In this document: positions 55,557-64,000 of the stretch, piece after piece | How the letters are laid out: every line of letters starts with the position of its first letter | How positions within the stretch are numbered: the stretch's first letter is position 1 | Source: Candidatus Methanoxibalbensis ujae | GTDB lineage: Archaea; Halobacteriota; Syntropharchaeia; Alkanophagales; Methanospirareceae | Assembly (NCBI GenBank): GCA_026134085.1 | Contig: JAOQIN010000005.1 | Coordinates: 9,489-73,488 of the forward strand | DNA length: 64,000 nt | Reading direction: 5' to 3' | Notes under the pieces: generated by a model | What the model saw: only the letters and a program-made list of their open reading frames with translations | Told to the model about the DNA's origin: nothing | Databases searched by the model: none | Program-made: the position numbers and the translations under genes

Positions 55557-56249
55557 TCATCTCTCATCTGTCACAGTGTCAGCATACTCCGCGGGATCCT
55601 CAAAACCAGCCTCTCTGAACGCTTTTCTGCGACGCACGCAACTCTCACACACACCACAATGCTTCTCTCCTCCTTTATAGCATGAATATGTGAGATGAAG
55701 AGGAGCGTTGATCTCAAATCCAATCTTCACTATCTCCGGCTTTCTCAGTTTAACGAGAGGAGCAACAACCTTCGGCGGAATTGAGCGCGAAGAAACAGCT
55801 TTTTCAACCATAAAATTGAAGCGATTCACAAAATCCTCGGTGTTATCAGGATAAGATAATGCTTCTTCCGCATTAAATCCCGTGAAAATTGTGTCTGCTC
55901 CAATTACCTCTGCATAGGCACATGCGTGCGCAAGGATAATGAGATTTCTGCACGGAACCCATGTGATCGGAGTCTCTTTTTCTGATATTGATGATATTGA
56001 GGCGGGAATCTCAATTTGACGGGATGTGAGTGCTGAACCTCCCAGCACCTTGAGAAAAGGTATCTCGGCAATTTTCAGGGAGGCGTTGAGATATTCTGCA
56101 ATTTTCTCGACGGATGCACGCTCTCTCTCCTCCGATTTCTGGCCGTAAGATGCGTGAAATATGTAGATCTCATATGATTTTGATGCTATTGTTGCTGCAA
56201 CAGTGGAGTCAAGACCTCCTGAACACACACATATCGCCTTCTTATGCAT
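55557..56249 (-). CDS. queC: 7-cyano-7-deazaguanine synthase
   Basis: PP-loop CVCSGGLDSTV, YGQKS, VPCRNLI, and the C-terminal zinc motif CYKGGEKHCGVCESCVRRRKAF. The start is at the internal Met with a GAGGGAAGG SD. Confidence 0.85.
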   Translation of the reverse strand: MHKKAICVCSGGLDSTVAATIASKSYEIYIFHASYGQKSEERERASVEKIAEYLNASLKIAEIPFLKVLGGSALTSRQIEIPASISSISEKETPITWVPCRNLIILAHACAYAEVIGADTIFTGFNAEEALSYPDNTEDFVNRFNFMVEKAVSSRSIPPKVVAPLVKLRKPEIVKIGFEINAPLHLTYSCYKGGEKHCGVCESCVRRRKAFREAGFEDPAEYADTVTDER

Positions 56250-56404
56250 TTTTCCTTCCCTCTTTCTTTTTTCTCCTTCTCTCGCCCGCTCCTTCTCTCG
56301 CCCGCTCACCATGCTCAGCATCAACTTGGAGGGATCATTTCACACAGACACTTCTTCCCTCTTTTATTTTTTTCTGAGCCGAGATGCACTGGCTGAGATG
56401 CACT

Positions 56405-56460
56405 GTGCGGATGAGGCGGAGAAGTGCGGATGAGGGCGGAGAAGTGCGGATGAGGACAGA
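56405..56460. repeat. Tandem repeat about 3 x 19-20 bp (GTGCGGATGAGGGCGGAGAA) in the gltX-queC spacer
   Basis: gtgcggatgaggcggagaa gtgcggatgagggcggagaa gtgcggatgaggacaga, preceded by gagatgcactg x2. Confidence 0.85.
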
Positions 56461-56481
56461 GAGGAAAAAAGTGAATGAGCC

Positions 56482-58185
56482 TCAATGAGTGAAATAAGCG
56501 ATTATGATCCGCTCATTGTCGCATTCGCACGAATCAATGCGAACGAAACCGTAGCGCTCAAACTGCACTACATTTCCGACTTCAGATGCGATAAGAGGTT
56601 CTCCAAGACCCTCATCAACGCTTCCATCTGGTTTCTTAACACGCACATTCACGCAGTCCGTGGGCGCCCAGTGTATGATCATGCGCCTTGCCTCACTCGC
56701 CGCGCTGCTGTGTTGATTGCAGGGTGATGCAAGGAGAGGCTGAAGAGATGTGATCTCAACATCGCAGAGGAACTTCAATCTTATATGCATGCCTATTTTT
56801 AGCTTTTTGAAGTCGCTATCAGATATGTAAACGACATTTTTTGTCTTTATTTCACGGAATTCATTTCTTGATGGGTGTTTTTGTGCCTTCACAACAGTTT
56901 CATCAAAACCTTTTATCAGCATTTTATGAGGATTATGCACAAAGAAGTAGCGATTTGCAATCGGATCAATTATCTTACGATTTTCAGCATACAAATTTTG
57001 CATGCTCACTGAAATGTCAACATTTGATATACCCATAGAAAGAAAGAATCTGCGGATGGACTCGGGATGGAATCCTCTTTTACGCAGTGCTCTCAATGTT
57101 GGCAGTCTTGGGTCGTCCCAGCCTTCAAACTCACCGCGCTCTATCCTTTTGCGGAGTTCAGATGTGCTGAATTTTCCGAACTCAAAAACCTTTATCTTTC
57201 CCCAGAGTATTGTGACGGGATATTTCCAGCCGAGATGCTTGTATATGAAGCGCTGTCTCCCCTCCGATTTCTGGAGGTCTTTTCCCCGTATTATGTGAGA
57301 GATTCCGAGAATGTGATCCTCAATTGCTGATTCAAAGTCAAGTGTCGGCCACACAATATACCTTTCGCCGACCCTCGGGTGCTCCTTCATAAGTATTCTG
57401 AAGGCCACCCAGTCTCGCATCGCGGGATCATCATGTTGAATATCCGTTTTTATGCGGAGCACAGCCTCCCCTTCGCCGTAATATCCGGAGAGCATGCGCT
57501 CCCATCTCTCAAGATTATCCTCAACGCTCGCATCACGATGCTCACATGGGCGCTTGGCATCTTTCAAACGCTTGAACTCCTCACGAGCACACATGCACAC
57601 ATAAGCAGCGCCTTTTCGTATGAGAATCTCAGCATGTTCATAATACAGAGGAATGCGTTCTGACGCAACAATGACTTTGTCAGGCTTCGCACCGAGCCAC
57701 TCGCAGTCCTCAATATACCATTCATACGCCTCAGGCAGCGGTCTCTTCAGGGCTGGATCTGTGTCGTCAAAGCGCAGTATGAAACTCCCGTCATACATGT
57801 GTGCATATTCAGCATTCACAACGATTCCGCGAGCACTGCCGAGCGTTGCTGCTCCGTTTGGATTCGGCGCAAAACGCATGCATACATTCCCTCTCTCCGC
57901 TCCCGGCAGAGGTGGCAGCCCCCTCTCCTCCTTCTCCTCTCCCGCCTTCCGCTCATCGCTCGGTGCTTCAGGTGCAACCTGCTTCAACCGCTCCCTGCGC
58001 TCCTCATCGCTCATCTCAGCCACTTCCCTGACAACTTCCCTCACAACTTCCCGCAGCTCCCTCGCTCTCTCTCCCCTCCACTCAGGATGCTCCGCAAGCA
58101 CACGCTTCATTACCGCTTTTTCATCAGGCTTTCCGTGGATAATGGCGTTCTCCAACGCGTGCTTCAACGCTTCCTCTCGCATCAC
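56482..58185 (-). CDS. gltX: Glutamyl-tRNA synthetase (archaeal type)
   Basis: RFAPNPNGAATLGSARG (HIGH-region equivalent), ILRFDDTDP, KFSTSEL (KMSKS equivalent), 567 aa. Confidence 0.85.
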   Translation of the reverse strand: MMREEALKHALENAIIHGKPDEKAVMKRVLAEHPEWRGERARELREVVREVVREVAEMSDEERRERLKQVAPEAPSDERKAGEEKEERGLPPLPGAERGNVCMRFAPNPNGAATLGSARGIVVNAEYAHMYDGSFILRFDDTDPALKRPLPEAYEWYIEDCEWLGAKPDKVIVASERIPLYYEHAEILIRKGAAYVCMCAREEFKRLKDAKRPCEHRDASVEDNLERWERMLSGYYGEGEAVLRIKTDIQHDDPAMRDWVAFRILMKEHPRVGERYIVWPTLDFESAIEDHILGISHIIRGKDLQKSEGRQRFIYKHLGWKYPVTILWGKIKVFEFGKFSTSELRKRIERGEFEGWDDPRLPTLRALRKRGFHPESIRRFFLSMGISNVDISVSMQNLYAENRKIIDPIANRYFFVHNPHKMLIKGFDETVVKAQKHPSRNEFREIKTKNVVYISDSDFKKLKIGMHIRLKFLCDVEITSLQPLLASPCNQHSSAASEARRMIIHWAPTDCVNVRVKKPDGSVDEGLGEPLIASEVGNVVQFERYGFVRIDSCECDNERIIIAYFTH

Positions 58186-58316
58186 ACCACCTCCGCAAAA
58201 TCTTGACGAAAAAATGCTCTCTCACTTAGCTTATGATGCGCAAAGCAAGCGCTCTCGCTGCAACAGCAACGAAAACAGCGACGACGCTGAAATTTAAAAA
58301 ATTTATGTATAATGCG

Positions 58317-60257
58317 TTATATCGTTATATTATTACGCTTTTCCTCAATTACTTTCTCTATCATCTCCGCAGCCTTCACGGGGTCATCCTCAACAAGCAC
58401 TTTCCCTCCTGTCAGCTGTTCAACATCCTCTGTCAGCAGTTTAACTGCATCTTCACTGCCTGTTACAGGAGGAACAGGTGAGACATGTGTGGCAAGACCG
58501 AAAGCGACAGCAAATATCGCATCTACTGTTGCCTTCTGTTCCATGTATTCGGGTGCAGTCACAGCAACTGGAAGTTCAGATGTGTCAACATTCAGCGCAT
58601 CTGCTATTATCCTGACGAGATATGCGCATCTTCCGGTGTCCGTGCATGTGCCGAAGCTCAGCACAGGCGGGATCCCAAGTGCGTTGCATACAGCCTTCAA
58701 TCCATCTCCCGCAAGCTCAATTGCATCCATCGATGTCAATCCTGCGACCTGAAGTGCGGCGTTTCCGCAGCCCATCGCGAGAACAAGCATATTTCTTTTT
58801 ATGAGCTCCTTCGCAATGGCAACTGTGTTGGCATCGTGCGGTCCGTTTTTGAGCGTTGTGCAGCTTACGAGTGCAACGATTCCCTTTATATCACCTCGCT
58901 TCACGGCATCAAGCAGCACATTCAAATCGCCGCCGAGTGCGTTCATGATTGCCTCCGGAGAAAAACCGACAACTGTTCTCCTTTTGATATTGCTCCTGAT
59001 ATAACTGCTTCCGATATCAGCAGAATTGCTTCCGATATCAGCAGTGCCGCGCTCTCTGAAGTTTTCAATTGCAATATCAATTATTTTTGATGCGATTTCG
59101 TCCACATTTTCTATGTTGTAGTCAAGTCCCTCCGACACACCTCTGAATCTGACAAGCTCGCTCACCGGTATCAGTCTGAAATGATATCGCCGTGCATATT
59201 CGGGGAGCGAAGGCAATGCGCAGTTCATATCAGCAGCGAACACATCAATGCATCCTGATGCGAGTGCGAACTCCTGAACTATCCAGTTTCCAACAATGCC
59301 CGAGAGTGCACTGCTGTCGTAGCGCTGTATGAGCTCCTGACCGGTCTCAATGAACCCTATAATGCGCAATCCACGAGCGCCTGCTTCCCTGACTCTCTCC
59401 TGAATTTCCCTGCTCTCAGCGAGTTTTATGAGCGCGGCGCCGACGAATGGCTCGTGACCGTCAACTGCAATGTTCACATAATCACAGTCAATAATGCCAA
59501 TGTCAGCATCCGTTTCATGTGGTTGAGGTGTGCCGAAGAGGATATCCTGAATGAACTCAAGCGCGATCTGCGCGGAAAAGCATGTTGCAATGCTCATTCG
59601 CATGCTCTTCTTCGCAAGCGATATGTAATTTGAGTCGACATTTGTCATCGCTGATGTGCCAACAACGAGTATTTCATGAAAAACGCCGGCAGGAAATATT
59701 TTGAGCGAGCGCCATATTTTCTTTCGTTTTTCAGGTGCGAATATCTCAACTATTTTGCTTGGCTCATGCGTGCTCAGATCCTCCATGACGAAATCTGCAA
59801 CCTTCACAGCGAGCTCATTCAGGTCGTCACCTTCAATCCCAAGCTGCGATGCGAACCATCTCAGCTTCTCAGCGTCTTTTATCTCGTAGGGGGTCTTTCC
59901 CTCCGCTGTTGCTCTGAGCGTTCTCGCTGCTTCAACGGCGTGATAGGCATATGCTGCGGTTCCAAGCATGTTCTTGAGAACGAAATTCCTGATGACCATA
60001 CCAGCGGCATCAATGCCACAGGCACCATACTGGTTCTTCTCCGTTATCCTGCAGGGTCCCATGCTGCAGAGCTGGCAGCTCAGACCCCTCGTGCAGAAAT
60101 GGCATCTCGTCCCCTGCGCATTAAATCTGTCAACAATGTTCGTCACTCCAGCAGCGTGAACCTGCCTGTACGCTGCGTTTATGCTCACATGCTCGCTCAC
60201 ATGCTCATCCTCATGATCATGAGGATCATGACCTGCCTCTCCGCTCATGCGCTTCAT
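58317..60257 (-). CDS. cooS: Ni-dependent carbon monoxide dehydrogenase catalytic subunit (CooS type)
   Basis: N-terminal cluster region RCHFCTRGLSCQLCSMGPCRI...GACGI; later cluster-ligand contexts VDGHEPF, MNCALPS, LVSCTTL, AMGCGNA, FGTCTDTG. 646 aa. Confidence 0.8.
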   Translation of the reverse strand: MKRMSGEAGHDPHDHEDEHVSEHVSINAAYRQVHAAGVTNIVDRFNAQGTRCHFCTRGLSCQLCSMGPCRITEKNQYGACGIDAAGMVIRNFVLKNMLGTAAYAYHAVEAARTLRATAEGKTPYEIKDAEKLRWFASQLGIEGDDLNELAVKVADFVMEDLSTHEPSKIVEIFAPEKRKKIWRSLKIFPAGVFHEILVVGTSAMTNVDSNYISLAKKSMRMSIATCFSAQIALEFIQDILFGTPQPHETDADIGIIDCDYVNIAVDGHEPFVGAALIKLAESREIQERVREAGARGLRIIGFIETGQELIQRYDSSALSGIVGNWIVQEFALASGCIDVFAADMNCALPSLPEYARRYHFRLIPVSELVRFRGVSEGLDYNIENVDEIASKIIDIAIENFRERGTADIGSNSADIGSSYIRSNIKRRTVVGFSPEAIMNALGGDLNVLLDAVKRGDIKGIVALVSCTTLKNGPHDANTVAIAKELIKRNMLVLAMGCGNAALQVAGLTSMDAIELAGDGLKAVCNALGIPPVLSFGTCTDTGRCAYLVRIIADALNVDTSELPVAVTAPEYMEQKATVDAIFAVAFGLATHVSPVPPVTGSEDAVKLLTEDVEQLTGGKVLVEDDPVKAAEMIEKVIEEKRNNITI

Positions 60258-60356
60258 GTATATGCGCTCGTCCGCATCTGACTTAAAACAATCCCCTCAC
60301 AAACTCATTTGTTGAAAGACTCGCGGAAAGACTCGCTCATGCTTACTCACGCGCTC

Positions 60357-61196
60357 TTATTTCCCATCCTCATCTTTTTCATCTTTTTTGAATACAGTTG
60401 GAATTCTCTTCGCAGATATCTGAGGCGTTTTTCGCAGTTCAATGGCGTGATCGGAGAACCAAAGAGTGCCTTTTGAGAAAACTGTTGATATTGACTGCTG
60501 CTTGCGCCAGAATGTCGCATGCCTGAACTTCCGCAACACTTCTTCAAATTTCTCACGGATCATCTCTGTATCCTGCTCACTGACGCTCCTATCATGTAGA
60601 GCCTCATACAAACTGTTCACAGTCTTGAAGAGATCAATCAATTCCTCATCCTCCGTGTAATAGCTTGCGAGCTTCCGCAGCTCCTCCCTGACTTCCCCCA
60701 ATTTCTTCATGCAGATATCAAAATTATCTTTCAGACACACCTCGCATCCACTTAATTCCCGTTCAATTCTGTCAAGCGTCCAGCCACTTGCGAGTATTTT
60801 GACCCTGGGGTATATATATTTCACACATTCTGGCATTCTCGTCAGCACATTACGCACTGATACAATACCGACTGGAACACCTTCGTCAACGACTGGCAGC
60901 CTTTTGATATTTTTCTCGGCGAATATCCTGCATGCCTCTTCAACAGGGGAATCAGGGCTTATCGTTATAAGTGGCGTGCTCATAATGTCCCTGGCTGACA
61001 CCTCGCTCGCCTTTTTCTCCTTCAAAATGACTTTCAGCGCGATGTCGCGCTCGGTGATTATGCCAACTGGCTCGCCTCTTCGTGTGATAACAACACTACC
61101 TATGCCCAGTTCAGCCATTTCTTTTACTATCCTGTCCACTGGAGTGTTCTCATCTTCCGTTATAACAGGTCGTGTCATCACATCCCGAACCTTCAT
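60357..61196 (-). CDS. CBS-domain pair protein with uncharacterised C-terminal helical domain
   Basis: Two CBS motifs (VRDVMTRPVITE...GIITERDI and ARDIMSTPLITI...GIVSVRNV), followed by about 150 aa with no recognised domain. Confidence 0.75.
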   Translation of the reverse strand: MKVRDVMTRPVITEDENTPVDRIVKEMAELGIGSVVITRRGEPVGIITERDIALKVILKEKKASEVSARDIMSTPLITISPDSPVEEACRIFAEKNIKRLPVVDEGVPVGIVSVRNVLTRMPECVKYIYPRVKILASGWTLDRIERELSGCEVCLKDNFDICMKKLGEVREELRKLASYYTEDEELIDLFKTVNSLYEALHDRSVSEQDTEMIREKFEEVLRKFRHATFWRKQQSISTVFSKGTLWFSDHAIELRKTPQISAKRIPTVFKKDEKDEDGK

Positions 61197-61520
61197 CTTC
61201 TATCACATTCCCTTTACCAATCTTCTCTGTTAAACCCCACTGTCTGATCTTAAACCGCCACACACAACACTGCATGTCTCAGTTTCACTCCGCTGAGCTG
61301 GTGCGTTGGGTATTTTCCCGTTGCCTGCATCCGAAAGCGAGCTATATGGTGGTGGGTGGGTCAGGTTTAGCTATTAAAAATATAAAAATACATCGCCAAG
61401 AAAAAAAAATGCGACAAGAAAACAAAATTGGAACATTCGCTCCTCACTCTACCTCAAGGGCTACTTCGGATGAATACACCTCACAAACCTGTCTGCTGTG
61501 CAGCCACCTCCTCACGAAGC

Positions 61521-63092
61521 CTATTGAGAGGTAGTTGACAAATGCATAACCTTTGGAATGCATGCGATCACATCTGTTGCGATCAGGCAGTTCCCCTTTT
61601 CCTCAAATGCGATATCGCCAGCGGCACCGCTCACATATGAAGCTGCGACTGAGACGCGGAACGCATCATCGTTAACTGCGAAGAATGCCGCCAAAATTCC
61701 AGCGAGGACATCACCAGTCCCTCCGACAGTCATGCCTGCGTTCCCTGTTCTGTTTATCTTCAGCCGTTCTCCGTCGGATATGATGTCCACATTTCCTTTT
61801 AGAAGCGTGACAACGCCGTTCCTCGCTGAGAAATTGCGAACAAATGACTCTCTCTCCTCCTGAGTCCTCGCACTGAAGGATATTCCCATCTTAAAAAACT
61901 CACCAGCATGAGGAGTAAGTATCACATTCTTTGAAGATAGACCTGAATCACGAGATAGACCTGAACGGCGGACATCCGATGAAATGAAATGCGCAACACC
62001 GTAAAATCCATCAGCATCAACTATGATTTTACCATTCACACGCTTCAATATGGCTGTCACGGCATTCTTGGTCTCCTCATCGTCTCCCAGTCCACTGCCT
62101 ATGAGCATTACATCATGCTTTTTCGCGAGATTTGCTATTGTCTCGGTATCTTCCTCCACCAGTATATCGGAGGAAAGCGGTTGAACGATCATATCGGGGG
62201 AGAATCCCGCTATTGTGCCTGCGACGCTGCGGGGAGATGCGACTGTAACCCAGTCAGCGCCTGCTCTGAGTGCCGATAGTGCTGCGAGTGCGGGTGCGCC
62301 TGCAAAAGGACCTCCTCCCACGACGAGGACACGCCCGTTTTCGCCCTTGTGGCTGTCAGGTCTGCGCTTCTTCAGAGCGATCCTCACATCTCCAGGACCT
62401 GCGAGCTTCTCAAAGAACGGAGGAATGCCTATAGGTGCGGTTACGAGTTTTCCAACAATTTCCTTTGCTCTTCTCAGTCCCGGCTTCACCTTGTGAAATG
62501 TGACTGTTATGTCCGCACGCACGGCAGTGCCATCTCCTCTGTCTGCGTCCAATCCTGAAGGCACATCAACCGCAACCACAATGCATTTCCCACGCTCACG
62601 AGCACTGTTTATGGATGCGATAGCAGTTGCCTCAGGTTCTCTGGCGACTCCTCTGAATCCCGTGCCGAATATCGCGTCAACAATGACATCAACCCCCTCA
62701 TCAGTGATTTCGTGAAAACGTCGCCCGAGAAGGAGTGCATCTCCCGTGTTATCCACCTCACAGCCGCATGCCTTCAGTATTCTGTAATTGTATCTCGCCT
62801 CCTCCGTCCGTATGTCCTCCTCGCCGCGACCTATGAGGATGACATGCACATCACATCCGCGCGACAGAAGATGTCTTGCAGCAACGAATCCATCACCCCC
62901 ATTGTTACCTCTGCCAGCGACGATAAGCACGCGAGGATTTCTTCCTTTTCTTTCAACCGCATTGAAAATCTCACGAGCTACAGCTGCACCTGCGTTCTCC
63001 ATAAGCTGAAGGGGTGAAATACCGAAAGCTTTGCAGTTCTCATCCAGAGCAGCCATCTCCTCCGATGTTATCTCATCTCTCCCCGACATCAT
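61521..63092 (-). CDS. nnr: Bifunctional NAD(P)H-hydrate repair enzyme (epimerase + ADP-dependent dehydratase)
   Basis: N-terminal YjeF-N domain LMENAGAAVA...VLIVAGRGNNGGDGFVAARHL. C-terminal carbohydrate-kinase domain ..HKGENGRVLVVGG...GTGDVLAG. Confidence 0.85.
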   Translation of the reverse strand: MMSGRDEITSEEMAALDENCKAFGISPLQLMENAGAAVAREIFNAVERKGRNPRVLIVAGRGNNGGDGFVAARHLLSRGCDVHVILIGRGEEDIRTEEARYNYRILKACGCEVDNTGDALLLGRRFHEITDEGVDVIVDAIFGTGFRGVAREPEATAIASINSARERGKCIVVAVDVPSGLDADRGDGTAVRADITVTFHKVKPGLRRAKEIVGKLVTAPIGIPPFFEKLAGPGDVRIALKKRRPDSHKGENGRVLVVGGGPFAGAPALAALSALRAGADWVTVASPRSVAGTIAGFSPDMIVQPLSSDILVEEDTETIANLAKKHDVMLIGSGLGDDEETKNAVTAILKRVNGKIIVDADGFYGVAHFISSDVRRSGLSRDSGLSSKNVILTPHAGEFFKMGISFSARTQEERESFVRNFSARNGVVTLLKGNVDIISDGERLKINRTGNAGMTVGGTGDVLAGILAAFFAVNDDAFRVSVAASYVSGAAGDIAFEEKGNCLIATDVIACIPKVMHLSTTSQ

Positions 63093-63170
63093 TACTTATT
63101 GGGCATCTTTATAGTGCTGCAGCAACAACAGTATGAGCCTCAGCCGCCACCACTTGTCAAGCCACCGCGC

Positions 63171-63258
63171 AGCAAGTGGCAGCAAGCGTCAGCAAGCGTC
63201 AGCAAGGCAGCAAGTGGCAGCAAGTGGCAGCAAGCGTCAGCAAGCGGCAGCAAGCGTC
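63171..63258. repeat. Tandem array, 9 x about 10 bp (AGCAAGCGTC / AGCAAGTGGC variants) between the divergent nnr and argS promoters
   Basis: The units begin at 63171, 63181, 63191, 63201 (8 nt), 63209, 63219, 63229, 63239 and 63249. The core CAAGCG is shared with the 30087 array; the CAAGCGTC form occurs in 2 units there and 4 here. Confidence 0.9.
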
Positions 63259-63302
63259 AGCCTGCAAGCGATAAAGTAATAAAAGCAACAAAAAATAAGA
63301 GG

Positions 63303-64000
63303 ATGTTCCTGGCGTTCAGGGCTGAGGTTGAGCGATTGCTCATGGACGCATTGCAGAATACATACGGCGACAGCGCATTGAGTGCACTCACAGCTCACAC
63401 AGCGCCGCACGAACTTGAGCGCCTTCTTGAGATAGACATAGAAAGCGAGCATGCTGACATCTCATCAAGAATTGCATTCTCCCTCTCAAAAATTTTGAGA
63501 GAAAATCCATCAAAAATATCCGCAGAAATTGTGAAAAACATTGAAATTCCTGAGAATTCCCTTGTCTCATCTGTTAAAGCAGTCGGACCTTACATAAATT
63601 TCTATGCAAGTGAGCTTTTTTTTGAAAAATCACTGCGTGAAATACTTGGAGGCATTTGTTTTCACAGAAAAGGTCGTGTGATAATAGAGCACACATCTGC
63701 AAATCCAGACGGTCCACTCCACATCGGACACCTCAGAAACGCATGCATAGGCGATGCACTCGCTCGCATACTCAGGCATGCGGGATACGATGTTGAGACT
63801 CAATACTATGTGAACGACATGGGAAAACAGGTTGCGATCCTCGTATCGGGCATGAGATATATGAAAATTGACGAGAAGAAGAAAATAGATCATGCAATTG
63901 CTGAAATATATGTGAAAGCAAACAAGATTATTGAGGAAGATGAAGAAAAAATGCGAGAAGTTGAAGAATTAATGCGGAAATATGAGCAGGGAGATTCTGA
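63303..64000 (+). CDS. argS: Arginyl-tRNA synthetase, N-terminal part running off the window end
   Basis: MFLAFRAEVERLL..., HTSANPDGPLHIGHLRNACIGDALARIL (HIGH motif), YYVNDMGKQV. The frame is open to base 64000. Confidence 0.85.
   Translation, partial: MFLAFRAEVERLLMDALQNTYGDSALSALTAHTAPHELERLLEIDIESEHADISSRIAFSLSKILRENPSKISAEIVKNIEIPENSLVSSVKAVGPYINFYASELFFEKSLREILGGICFHRKGRVIIEHTSANPDGPLHIGHLRNACIGDALARILRHAGYDVETQYYVNDMGKQVAILVSGMRYMKIDEKKKIDHAIAEIYVKANKIIEEDEEKMREVEELMRKYEQGDS

Noticed and set aside
55557-56249. PP-loop ATPase considered as LarE (to complete the lar set) or as a defence-type QueC-like protein
   Set aside because: It has the full QueC signature including the C-terminal CxxC..C zinc motif and YGQ/VPCRN blocks. 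Its housekeeping context lies between the aconitase-family gene and gltX, and it has no TatD or other defence partners.
57653-58297. 214-aa ORF on the plus strand
   Set aside because: It is antisense to gltX. It is Ser-rich and low-complexity, so it is a shadow ORF.

Overview
The window is a gene-dense archaeal chromosomal segment, euryarchaeal in character (methanogen/ANME/Archaeoglobi-like). Supporting this: an archaeal histone, family-B DNA polymerase, fused Fae-Hps, WtpABC tungstate transporter, Bax1 nuclease, Thg1-like protein, TmcA/Nat10 homologue, CooS, a PEF-CTERM sorting signal, strong GGAGGTGA Shine-Dalgarno sites and TATA-driven leaderless starts. About 55 protein genes are mostly housekeeping (amino-acid, purine, cofactor and tRNA-modification functions). 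There are two tRNAs (Ile-GAU, Arg-CCG), one clear structured ncRNA (probably SRP RNA) and two decayed insertion sequences (a TnpB relic and an IS630-type relic with inverted repeats). I did not find a convincing new multi-gene defence or mobile system. Four things stand out. (1) Short tandem repeats are everywhere: almost every intergenic spacer is built from them, including two 10-bp-phased arrays with the shared core CAAGCG, and several conserved enzymes carry in-frame tandem duplications. (2) A 5.5-kb accessory island sits between larB and larC and encodes three secreted proteins rich in N-glycosylation sequons, two of which share an N-terminal module. (3) An 827-aa protein fuses an FPGT-like nucleotidyltransferase, a beta-helix and a class I mannose-6-phosphate isomerase, and is coupled to carA. 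(4) The ac4C writer (TmcA) is followed directly by an ASCH-domain gene. There are also two long ORF-free regions (14.25-15.1 kb and 46.95-48.7 kb) containing candidate structured RNA, and a lone cooS with a Cys-X2-Cys D-cluster motif. All functional calls rest on motif recognition by eye; no database search was run.
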